64,000 bases of DNA, taken from assembly GCA_964598655.1 (NCBI GenBank), contig CAZRCT010000003.1, forward strand, positions 49,006-113,005, in the 5' to 3' direction. A program made the translations under genes and the position numbers. The first letter of the stretch is position 1. Each line of letters opens with the position of its first letter. This document shows, in pieces, positions 36,350 to 44,854 of this stretch. The notes under the pieces are model-generated. The model was given only the letters and a program-made list of their open reading frames with translations. It did no database searches and was not told the DNA's origin. This DNA is from an uncultured Gemmatimonadaceae bacterium. GTDB taxonomy: Bacteria; Gemmatimonadota; Gemmatimonadetes; Gemmatimonadales; GWC2-71-9.

Positions 36350-37215
36350 GGGGCGTTGCCTCCCGTCGCTTCACGGGCGTTGGCCAGGAAGTCGGCCAGC
36401 GCCCGGGGATGTTCGGTGTACTCGACGCGACCGGCCTTCTGCTCCGCGTCGTAGTGGGCGAGGAACTGCTGGTAGGCCTGCCGCAGGCCCGCGCTGTCCT
36501 GCTGGAAGCGGGCCAGCGTCCCCTTCACGACGTACCCAAAGAGGTGTCCGGGCTGCTTCTTGAGGATGGTATCGGCAAGCGCGGACGCCTCGGCGACGCC
36601 GCCCGTGTGCAGGTAGATCAGCGCCGCGTGGTAGCGGGCATCCGCGTTCACCGAATCGAGCTCGGCGTAGGACGCCAGCGCCATCGGGGCGAACATCCCC
36701 ACCGACGCCTCATCCCCCCGTTCCGAGCTCCGCATGATCCGGTTGTACAGCGCATCGAACCGCTGCTTCGGGGCCATGGCCGCCAGGTCCGCCGCCGAGA
36801 AGCCGTCCTCGGGGGCCTGCGGCCGGGCCGCGGCGGCGCTCGGCGCCGGCGGCCCCGCGGAGGCGACCGGCGTCCGGGTGAGCAGCAGCACCAGGGCCCC
36901 CGCCACCGCCACGGTGGCCCCACCCGCGAGGAACCATCGGAGCTTCTCGGCGCCACTCGCGCCGGCGGGCCCGCCGCCGACCGTGCGCCCGCATTGATTG
37001 CAGAACCGCGCATCGGGCCGCAGGGTCGCCCCGCAGTGGGTGCATCCCGGGGTGGTGGATTCGGCGTGAACCGCGGCGCCGCAATGTCGGCAGAACTTCC
37101 CGCCGGTGGCCTGCTTGCAGGAAGGACAAATCGTGGTGGTCAAGCTGAACTCCGCAGGAGAACCTGCCAAAGAGCGTTGTATGAAGAAACCTAGGGCAGT
37201 GCGCCCCTGCCGCAA
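36346..37215 (-). CDS. Zinc-ribbon membrane protein, unknown function (first gene of the ccmF operon)
   Basis: It has CPSCK..CRHCG and CTHCG..CNQCG, a TM helix (GGATVAVAGALVLLLT) and a helical C-terminal domain. ATGA overlap with ccmF. The start is uncertain: a TTG at 37143 preceded by GGAG is an alternative. Confidence 0.6.
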   Translation of the reverse strand: MRQGRTALGFFIQRSLAGSPAEFSLTTTICPSCKQATGGKFCRHCGAAVHAESTTPGCTHCGATLRPDARFCNQCGRTVGGGPAGASGAEKLRWFLAGGATVAVAGALVLLLTRTPVASAGPPAPSAAAARPQAPEDGFSAADLAAMAPKQRFDALYNRIMRSSERGDEASVGMFAPMALASYAELDSVNADARYHAALIYLHTGGVAEASALADTILKKQPGHLFGYVVKGTLARFQQDSAGLRQAYQQFLAHYDAEQKAGRVEYTEHPRALADFLANAREATGGNAP

Positions 37216-37440
37216 GGCGGTCCGTGGCGAGCGGCCAGGTCCGCTGGAACCGTTCGATGTTCAGCGACGGCCGTCGGTTCCATGAAGCAGACGCGAATGC
37301 CGCTGCGACCGGTACGGAATGAACCCCGCTTTATGTGAGGGGAGGGTTGGGCTTTCGTGAAGTATGTTTCATTTCAATCCACCTTGCTTTCAATACTGCC
37401 CGATGTAATGTAGGCCCGACACCGGCACAACCCATTCCCA

Positions 37441-39036
37441 GTGGACCCCCGCATGCCTGCTTCCACCACAGGGCGCCGAGGGACAGGAGCATTCGTCGCG
37501 CTGCTTGCGTTGACGCTGCTCGGCGCTTGCACGGATACCGAGACCGTCTTCCGGGACCGTGATTTCAACCCGCCGCCCGACGCCGAGAGCGGGTTCCTCG
37601 GCTACTACTCCGTGGAAGCGCGCCAGACCACCTGTGGCAACTGCCACGTGGATCACCAGGCGGACTGGTCCACCCACGCCCACTCCGACGCCTGGGCCAC
37701 CCTGCAGGCCTCCGGCCACGCGCAGCCGTACTGCGAGGCCTGCCACACCGTCAGCGAGCTCGGCAACAAGGTCGATAGCGCGGCCGGCTACACCAAGGTC
37801 AAGGACCCGGCCTACTACGACGTGCAGTGCGAGAGCTGCCACGGGCCGGGCGAAGCCCACGTGACGGCGCCGGACGCGGTGGCGCCGCCGCTCGCGCGGG
37901 TCAACGCCGACACCAGCCACAACTCGGGGACCTGCGCCGAGTGCCACAACGGGACGCACCACCCGTTCGTCGAGCAGTGGCGGCAGTCGCGGCACGCCGT
38001 GGCCAACGCCGAGGTGGTCGATGAGGCCGTCACCACCCCGGCCACGTACGCCTCCTGCCTGGCCTGCCATGAGGGCCGGGGCGCGCTGAAAGCCTGGGGG
38101 GTGACCGACAATTTCGTGGAGCGCGACGAGGTGCTCACGCACAGCAACGCGCTCGGCATCACCTGCGCCGTCTGCCACGACCCCCACGGGTCGGGCAACC
38201 CCGGCCAGTTGCGCTACGCCATCACGGATCCCACGCTCGAGGGGAACCTCTGCATGAAGTGCCACGCCCGGCGCTTCGAGCCGCAGCTCACCTCGAACCG
38301 CGGCCCCCACGCGCCGCAGGGCCCCGTGTTCCTCGGCACCGGTGGCTGGTTCCCGCCGGGCGTCGACACCACGCCCCAGACCAGCACCCACGGCAACCCC
38401 ACGGCCAATCCCCGCCTCTGCGCCGGCTGCCACGTGGCCCAGTTCACCGTGACCGACAGCGCGACCGGCAACTTCCAGCTGCAGTCGGTGGGCCACCTGT
38501 TCCGCCCCATCCCGTGCCTCGACCCGCAGGGGAATCCGGTGGGCGGCAACGCCTGCGGCTACACGGCAGGGGAGCGCAGCTGGGCCAGTTGCACCGGCAG
38601 CGGGTGCCACACCGATGCCGCCGCCGTGGTGCAGGCCTTCGACGCCAACCGCGCGATCCTCGCCACGCTGGCGGACCAGATCTGGGTCGACAGTGACAAC
38701 GACGGAAGCGTGGATGCGACCGACCAGGGACTCCTGGCCCTCGTCGCGGCCGGCGCGCCGACCAACCAGTTCAGCACGGCGGACGGGGTGATCACCGTGG
38801 CCGAGGGCGCGCTGTTCAACGTCCGGATGCTCGGCGAGGGCCGCTACGCCAATGGCGACAAGTCCATGGGCGTCCACAATCCGTTCCTGTCGCAGAAACT
38901 CCTGGCCGTCTCCATCCAGGCGCTCCGCGCCCAGTATCCCTTCCTGCCCGCCCCGCCGGCCGCCGTCCAGGCCGTGGTGCGGCAGGCGCTGGCCACGGCC
39001 GCCTCGGCCGGGCACGCGACCGTCAGCCTCCGCTGA
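37441..39036 (+). CDS. Multiheme c-type cytochrome lipoprotein (8 CxxCH + 1 Cx4CH)
   Basis: 531 aa with lipobox LTLLGAC. Heme motifs: CGNCH, CEACH, CESCH, CAECH, CLACH, CAVCH, CMKCH, CAGCH, plus CTGSGCH. Confidence 0.9.
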   Translation: MDPRMPASTTGRRGTGAFVALLALTLLGACTDTETVFRDRDFNPPPDAESGFLGYYSVEARQTTCGNCHVDHQADWSTHAHSDAWATLQASGHAQPYCEACHTVSELGNKVDSAAGYTKVKDPAYYDVQCESCHGPGEAHVTAPDAVAPPLARVNADTSHNSGTCAECHNGTHHPFVEQWRQSRHAVANAEVVDEAVTTPATYASCLACHEGRGALKAWGVTDNFVERDEVLTHSNALGITCAVCHDPHGSGNPGQLRYAITDPTLEGNLCMKCHARRFEPQLTSNRGPHAPQGPVFLGTGGWFPPGVDTTPQTSTHGNPTANPRLCAGCHVAQFTVTDSATGNFQLQSVGHLFRPIPCLDPQGNPVGGNACGYTAGERSWASCTGSGCHTDAAAVVQAFDANRAILATLADQIWVDSDNDGSVDATDQGLLALVAAGAPTNQFSTADGVITVAEGALFNVRMLGEGRYANGDKSMGVHNPFLSQKLLAVSIQALRAQYPFLPAPPAAVQAVVRQALATAASAGHATVSLR

Positions 39037-39121
39037 GCCTCCCGCGGATGCGACGATTCACCCGCAGTAACGCCAGCCTGGGCGGGCTTCGGCCCGCCCG
39101 CGCCGGCGTCCTTGCAATCCG

Positions 39122-41266
39122 ATGATCCAGATCCCGCAGGACACGCTGCACATGCCGATCAACCCCGTGGACTCGGTGGTGTCGGCCCCGACGTTCGACA
39201 ACGTCACGCCCATCATCCAGTGGATCTTCCAGCAGCCGCCCTGGGTGATGTGGGGGGGCGTGGTCCTCGCCGCCCTCTGCGCGCTGATCGTCCTGTGGTG
39301 GGCCTGGCCCCGCCGCGAGGCCGGGCTGAGCTGGATCCGCACCCGGAGCACCGGGGTCAAGGCCACCCTCGTGGGCGGCGCGGCCGTGGCGGTCCTCGTG
39401 GCCCTGGGCATCGGGTACCAGGGTTTCCACTTCATGGAAACCGACCGGCGCTTCTGCAACGGCTGCCACATCTTCGTGCCGAGCGGGCAGGCCTGGGTGC
39501 TCCCCGACACCGGCAGCTACACCCTGGTGCCCCGCCTCGAGGGCAAGCACGACACCATCAACTGCCACACCTGCCACACCCTCAAGCCGCTCAAGGAAGC
39601 GGTGAAGATGTTCTTCTGGATGTCCGGCCACCGCGAGGACAAGATCCCGGAGCACGGCAAGGTGCCGACCCAGATCTGCTCCTCCTGCCATATCCAGGGG
39701 GCCGCCAAGGAGAGCTGGCAGGCCATTGCCGCCACGGCCGGGCACCGGGTGCACCTCGAGTCCGATTCGTCGGCGCTCGAGGGCAAGAAGGAATGCCTCA
39801 CCTGCCACGCCAAGACGGCCCACCGGTTCCGGCCGCCCAACGAGACCTGCGGCCAGTCCGGCTGCCACAAGGAGGACGACATCAAGATCCGGCTGGGCAA
39901 GATGTCCCAGATCGGTGACTTCCACTGTGGGGCCTGTCACAACTTCACGGCCCAGGTTCCGGCCCTCGCCACCGCCGACTCCGCGGCCGGCACGCTGCGC
40001 CCGAACCTGGACAAGTGCTTCGCCTGCCACGAAATGAAGCAGCGGCTGCCCGACTTCGACATCACCAAGGACCCGCACTCCGGCACCTGTGGCATGTGCC
40101 ACAACCCGCATGTGCAGGTGAAGGCCGGCGAGGCGGTCAAGAGCTGCGCCACCGCCCAGTGCCACGCCGACTGGCGCGAGGAGCCGTTCCACGTGGGCAT
40201 CGCGCACAAGAAGGTGGCCACCGACTGCCTCACCTGCCACATGCCGCACGCGGCCAAGGTGGATGCGAGCAACTGCGAGGGCTGCCACGAGGCGGTGAAG
40301 GCCAACAAGCGGAACGGCCGTCGTTTCAACCCGCCGATGCCCTTCGACACCACCAAGGCGCTGCGGCAGTCGGCCGCGCCGGCCGCGGGGCATCCTGACC
40401 CGGTGTTCCACGAGGTGCCCACGAAGGTGCGGGGGGATGGCCCCCCCGCGCCGGCCCCGGATCCTGTCCGGGAGAGCAAGGTGAAGGGCGACGCGCCTCC
40501 TCCCCTCGACGACCCCGGGCCGGCCCCCGCGCCCCCCGGGGCCTTCCATGCGGGAGCGCCACCCGGGGGCAACCCCGCCCCCCCGTGGCGCCAGGTGCGC
40601 GCCCTGCCCCCCCTGCCGAGCGACACCTTCTCCCACGACCAGCACAAGAAGCAGGCCTGCCTCACCTGCCACGTCGTGGCAACGGGCCGGGGCCCGCTCA
40701 CCTTCCAGCGCCCGCGCGGGTGCCAGATCTGCCACCACCAGGCCCCCGCCGAAAGCCGCTGCAGCGAGTGCCACGAGGCGCGCACCCTCGAGGTGAAGGC
40801 CGTGCCCGTCACCATCGAGGTGCGCGACAAGCCGTCGCGCACCCGGGACGTCGGCTTCCAGCACGACCTGCACACCTCGCCCGACGCCCGGCTCAGGTGC
40901 CAGGACTGCCACACCGGCCGCGTGGACCTGCCGGCCAGCGACTCCGTGAAGAGCTGCCAGGGCTGCCACGTGCAGCACCACGAGGTGGGCCGCGACTGCG
41001 CCACCTGCCACCGCACCCCGGTCATCGAGGACGCCCACGAGATCGCCGGGCCCGGCGGCGCGCACTCCGCCGAGGCGGCCCACACCCGGTGTGATGCCTG
41101 CCACGACCAGAGCCGGATCGTGAACCTGACCCCGTCGCGGACCTTCTGCCTGGCCTGCCACTCGACCGAGGTGGACCACTACAAGGCCAAGGAATGCAGT
41201 GTCTGTCACCTCCAGGCCACGCCGGCCGAGTGGAAACCGCGCCTGATCGGCGGGAGGGCGCCATGA
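39122..41266 (+). CDS. Membrane-anchored multiheme c-type cytochrome (18 CxxCH + 2 Cx4CH), NapC/NirT-like N-terminus
   Basis: 714 aa with two N-terminal hydrophobic helices followed by RRFCNGCHIF, a central Pro-rich linker, and heme motifs counted by eye. Confidence 0.9.
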   Translation: MIQIPQDTLHMPINPVDSVVSAPTFDNVTPIIQWIFQQPPWVMWGGVVLAALCALIVLWWAWPRREAGLSWIRTRSTGVKATLVGGAAVAVLVALGIGYQGFHFMETDRRFCNGCHIFVPSGQAWVLPDTGSYTLVPRLEGKHDTINCHTCHTLKPLKEAVKMFFWMSGHREDKIPEHGKVPTQICSSCHIQGAAKESWQAIAATAGHRVHLESDSSALEGKKECLTCHAKTAHRFRPPNETCGQSGCHKEDDIKIRLGKMSQIGDFHCGACHNFTAQVPALATADSAAGTLRPNLDKCFACHEMKQRLPDFDITKDPHSGTCGMCHNPHVQVKAGEAVKSCATAQCHADWREEPFHVGIAHKKVATDCLTCHMPHAAKVDASNCEGCHEAVKANKRNGRRFNPPMPFDTTKALRQSAAPAAGHPDPVFHEVPTKVRGDGPPAPAPDPVRESKVKGDAPPPLDDPGPAPAPPGAFHAGAPPGGNPAPPWRQVRALPPLPSDTFSHDQHKKQACLTCHVVATGRGPLTFQRPRGCQICHHQAPAESRCSECHEARTLEVKAVPVTIEVRDKPSRTRDVGFQHDLHTSPDARLRCQDCHTGRVDLPASDSVKSCQGCHVQHHEVGRDCATCHRTPVIEDAHEIAGPGGAHSAEAAHTRCDACHDQSRIVNLTPSRTFCLACHSTEVDHYKAKECSVCHLQATPAEWKPRLIGGRAP

Positions 41267-42753
41267 GGCCCGTCATGCGTTCCACCGTGCTCCTCGCGGC
41301 CGGCGCCCTGCTGGCGCGTCCGCTCACGGCACAGGACTACACCATCCGGGTCGACGCCGGCGCGCAAAGCGTGAGCTACCGCGGCCTCCGGCTCGACAGC
41401 ATCCCGGTGGCCCAGGTGATCCCGGCCCCCAGCGGCGGGTCCCAGACCCCGGACGGCTACGCGGCGTACTGCACGGCCGGACGCACCTACTGCGACTACT
41501 ACCGCGCCGGCGCCCGCCAGACCGGCGGCCCCTTCACGACCGCCGTGGACCTCACCGCCTGGGGCTTCGGCGTGAAGGGCCTGAGCCTGCACGCCAACGC
41601 ACGCCTCGCCGCCGACTTCGGCGACGCCAATGTCTGGCCCGGCACCGACCCGGCCCTCCAGCTCTTCGAGGGCTACGCCGAGTACGCGGCCACCCGCTAC
41701 ACGGTGCGGGTGGGCCGGCAGGTCATGCGCTGGCGCCTGGGCTACACCGGCTTCGACGGCGCCCGCGCCACCTACCGGGTGCCCACCGTCGGGCTCACCG
41801 CCGATCTGTTCGGCGGCTGGGGCCTGGCCCGGGCCACGGCGATCCCGGTGACCAGCGCCGCGCTGAACCCGCTCGACCAGTGGCAACCGCTCCAGCGCCA
41901 GCGCCTCATCGGCGCCGGCCTCGGCATCGAGCGGCAGGTGGTGGAGGCCCGCGCCGAGTACCTGCGCGAGGTGGACCCCGCCACGGACCTCTTCGTCTCC
42001 GAGCGGATCGCGCTCTCGGGCGCCGTCCGCCCCATCTCGGGGTGGAGCCTGACCGCCGGGGCAGAGTATGACCTCTCCAACGAGTGGTGGGGCACGAGCG
42101 ACGTCGCGCTCCGCCACACCAACCGGCTGTTCGGCGGCTCGGTGGGCCTCCGGCGCTACCGGCCCTACTTTGACCTGTGGACCATCTGGGGTGCCTTCTC
42201 CCCGGTGCCCTACAACGCCGTGAACGGATCGCTCTGGGTCACCCCGGTGCCGGGGCTCGAGCTCCGTGCGGCCGGCGAGAAGTACAACTACGACGACACC
42301 GAGACCTTCACCCCGCTGGTGAAGGAGGAGACCGACGGCTGGCGCTGGAGCGCCGGCGTGGGCTACGCCTTCAGCCAGGCGGTGAGCGCCGACCTCGGCA
42401 TCCACGACGAGCGCGGGCCGGGGGCCGCGGCGCAGGGCTGGGATGCGAGCGTCAGCGTCCGCCCCGTGCCGAAGCTGACGCTGACCGCCTCCGGCGGGCG
42501 GCTCGAGCGGCCGCTCGAGTTCCGCTTCTCGGACGCCACCCTGAAATACGGCGGCCTCGCCGCCGACTACCGGGCCGGCGAGCACCTGCGCTTCAACGCC
42601 GCCATCACCCGCTACAGCGAGGATCGCGACCGGCCCGACGCGGCCGCGATCGACTGGTCGCAGACCCGGCTCCGGGCCGGACTCACCTGGATGTTCGGCT
42701 CCGATGCCGACCACCTGTCGCTGCCGCCCGCCCGCCGGAGGACCGCGCGATGA
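41263..42753 (+). CDS. Putative outer-membrane beta-barrel protein (porin-like partner of the cytochromes)
   Basis: The ATG at 41263 makes an ATGA overlap. Signal peptide MRPVMRSTVLLAAGALLARPLTAQ. 496 aa of alternating Gly/aromatic beta-strand pattern. ...RAGLTWMF lies near the C-terminus. Confidence 0.65.
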   Translation: MRPVMRSTVLLAAGALLARPLTAQDYTIRVDAGAQSVSYRGLRLDSIPVAQVIPAPSGGSQTPDGYAAYCTAGRTYCDYYRAGARQTGGPFTTAVDLTAWGFGVKGLSLHANARLAADFGDANVWPGTDPALQLFEGYAEYAATRYTVRVGRQVMRWRLGYTGFDGARATYRVPTVGLTADLFGGWGLARATAIPVTSAALNPLDQWQPLQRQRLIGAGLGIERQVVEARAEYLREVDPATDLFVSERIALSGAVRPISGWSLTAGAEYDLSNEWWGTSDVALRHTNRLFGGSVGLRRYRPYFDLWTIWGAFSPVPYNAVNGSLWVTPVPGLELRAAGEKYNYDDTETFTPLVKEETDGWRWSAGVGYAFSQAVSADLGIHDERGPGAAAQGWDASVSVRPVPKLTLTASGGRLERPLEFRFSDATLKYGGLAADYRAGEHLRFNAAITRYSEDRDRPDAAAIDWSQTRLRAGLTWMFGSDADHLSLPPARRRTAR

Positions 42754-44210
42754 GCCGCCTCGATCGTTCGACCCTCGGGCGCCTCGCCCTCGCCGTGGTC
42801 ACCCTGTTGCTGGTCGGGGCCGGGGTGTCCACCGGCACCCGGCGGGACGGTTTCGACCACCCGAAGCACGCCAAGCTCTTCCCCACCTGCACCACCTGCC
42901 ACGCGGGCGTGCTCGACTCGGCGCGGAGCGTCTTCCCCACCGCCGCCAGCTGCGAGAGCTGCCACGACGGCGACGTGGAGAAGAAGGTGGACTGGCAGCC
43001 GCGCGCGGCCGGTGCCCGGCCCAATAACCTGCGCTTCACGCACGCCAGGCACCGCGAGGAATTCACGCGGAAGGTCAAGGCCGACAGTGCGGTGACCTGC
43101 AGCGAGTGCCACACCCCGAAGGGCAAGGGGTGGATGACGGTCGAGCGCGCCCTCACCGGCCAGTGCCTCGACTGCCACGGCGTGAAGGTGGCCCACTACT
43201 CGGCCCCCGACACGGCGTGCGCCTCCTGCCACCTGCCGCTCGCCCGGGCCACGGCGCTGCCCCAGGAACGGGTGGCGGCGTTCGAGAAGCCGGCCTCGCA
43301 CGACGCCCCGGACTTCATGACCCAGCGCGGGCACGGCAAGCAGGCCGAACCGCCGGCCGGCACCCGGCAACAGGTGGCCGCCAGCTGCGCCACCTGCCAC
43401 GCGCGCGACTTCTGCGCCCAGTGCCACGTCAACGCCCCGGAGCTCCGGCTCATCCAGGCGCTGGCGCCCGACCCCCGCTCCCTGGCCTTCAAGGCCGAGA
43501 TCAAGGAACCGGCGAGCCACGAGCGACGCGACTTCCTCGCGGTCCACGGCGCGCAGGCCAAGCGCCGCGCCGAGACCTGCGCCAATTGCCACACCCAGGA
43601 AAGCTGCGTGGCCTGCCACCAGGCCCAGCCGAGGGTGGCGGCGGCCCTGCCCGTCGCCGGGCCGGGCCGCGCCGCCGGCGCACGGATCGAGCGCCGCAAG
43701 CCCGTCACCCACACGCCGGACTTCGCCGACCGGCACGGTCCCGACGCCAGCGCCAACCCGCAGAGCTGCGCCACGTGCCATGCGCGCAGCGAGTGCCTCG
43801 ACTGCCACCGGCCCGATCCGGGGCGCGAGGGGAGCTATCACCCGGCAGGCTTCCTGACCCGGCACCCGTCGGCCGCGGCCAACCGGCAGTCGGACTGTGC
43901 CGAGTGCCACAACCAGCAGCAGTTCTGCGCCAGCTGCCACGTGCAGTCGGGGCTCCGCTCGACCGGCACCATCGGCCCGGGCTACCACGACGCGCAGGGC
44001 AGCTTCCTGCTCAATCACGGCACGGCCGCGCGGCAGACGCTCGAGAGCTGCGTCACCTGCCACACCGAGCGCGACTGCCTGCTCTGCCACTCGGCCACCG
44101 CGGGCCGCCACTTCAACCCGCACGGGCCCGGCTTCAACGCCGAGCGCCTCGCCAGGCGGAATCCGCAGACCTGCTCGGCCTGCCACGGGCGGACCATCCC
44201 GACCCGCTGA
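42750..44210 (+). CDS. Multiheme c-type cytochrome (16 CxxCH)
   Basis: The ATG at 42750 makes an ATGA overlap. It has an N-terminal signal/anchor helix and paired motifs such as CATCHARDFCAQCH, CANCHTQESCVACH and CATCHARSECLDCH. Confidence 0.9.
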   Translation: MSRLDRSTLGRLALAVVTLLLVGAGVSTGTRRDGFDHPKHAKLFPTCTTCHAGVLDSARSVFPTAASCESCHDGDVEKKVDWQPRAAGARPNNLRFTHARHREEFTRKVKADSAVTCSECHTPKGKGWMTVERALTGQCLDCHGVKVAHYSAPDTACASCHLPLARATALPQERVAAFEKPASHDAPDFMTQRGHGKQAEPPAGTRQQVAASCATCHARDFCAQCHVNAPELRLIQALAPDPRSLAFKAEIKEPASHERRDFLAVHGAQAKRRAETCANCHTQESCVACHQAQPRVAAALPVAGPGRAAGARIERRKPVTHTPDFADRHGPDASANPQSCATCHARSECLDCHRPDPGREGSYHPAGFLTRHPSAAANRQSDCAECHNQQQFCASCHVQSGLRSTGTIGPGYHDAQGSFLLNHGTAARQTLESCVTCHTERDCLLCHSATAGRHFNPHGPGFNAERLARRNPQTCSACHGRTIPTR

Positions 44211-44226
44211 TCCCGCCTGCCACACA

Positions 44227-44259
44227 ACAGCGCCCCCGGCCCTGCGCCGGGGGCGCTGT
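44227..44259 (+). terminator. Strong hairpin after the cytochrome operon
   Basis: ACAGCGCCCCCGG-ccctgcg-CCGGGGGCGCTGT: a 13-bp perfect stem 17 nt after the stop at 44210. Confidence 0.6.
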
Positions 44260-44329
44260 CGTGTGCCGGGGTGATGCCCCTCGGGCCCTCGCGCGGGCCG
44301 GCGCGTGCGAGCACCGCCCGCCAACGACG

Positions 44330-44361
44330 AGGGGCCGCCTCCCGGGTGGGAGGCGGCCCCT
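44330..44361 (-). terminator. Strong hairpin after ccmE
   Basis: AGGGGCCGCCTCCC-gggt-GGGAGGCGGCCCCT: a 14-bp perfect stem about 27 nt downstream of the ccmE stop (44388). Confidence 0.6.
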
Positions 44362-44387
44362 GCGTTGCGCTGGGTGTGGCGCCGGGC

Positions 44388-44813
44388 CTAGACCGGCTTG
44401 CCCTGGTTGTTGTACTGCGCCTCGTAGCGCGAGCCGCACTTAGCCAGAAGCGTGGTGGCGTGGAACACGCCGTCGCGGCCATAGCGGCCCTCGACCACGA
44501 CCTCGATTTCCATCTGGTCGGTGAAGGTATCGGGCGCGAGGCCGCGATAGGTCACCGGGATCTGCTTGGCGCCATCGGAGACCACGAAGTCGATGGTCTG
44601 GGTGGCGGCATCACGCTTGATGGTGCCGGGCACCACCTTGGCTTCCATCTTCACGCCCGTGTCGTAGAACCCCGGGTCGGCCTCGGCCCGCGCCGCGAGC
44701 TCGGTGGGCTTGAGCGAGTACTGCCCGAACTGCTTGACTCCCTGCGCCATCAGGGCGGCCACGCTCAGCACGATGATGCCGGCCCCGACCGCGAACTTGG
44801 TCCCTGCCTTCAT
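44388..44813 (-). CDS. ccmE: Cytochrome c maturation heme chaperone CcmE, CxxxY variant
   Basis: 141 aa with an N-terminal TM anchor and an OB-fold-like body. The C-terminal LLAKCGSRYE sits where canonical CcmE has LAKHDENY. The Cys codon is at 44438-44436. Confidence 0.85.
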   Translation of the reverse strand: MKAGTKFAVGAGIIVLSVAALMAQGVKQFGQYSLKPTELAARAEADPGFYDTGVKMEAKVVPGTIKRDAATQTIDFVVSDGAKQIPVTYRGLAPDTFTDQMEIEVVVEGRYGRDGVFHATTLLAKCGSRYEAQYNNQGKPV

Positions 44814-44854
44814 GCCAATTCTCCGTCAGGAGGTTGCATTTCCAATATACGGGG

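Noticed and set aside
33675-36374. 899-aa reverse-strand ORF
   Set aside because: It joins CcmH (33675-34307) to an alternative frame of ccmF. The true CcmF frame is 34304-36349 and carries the WWD motif.
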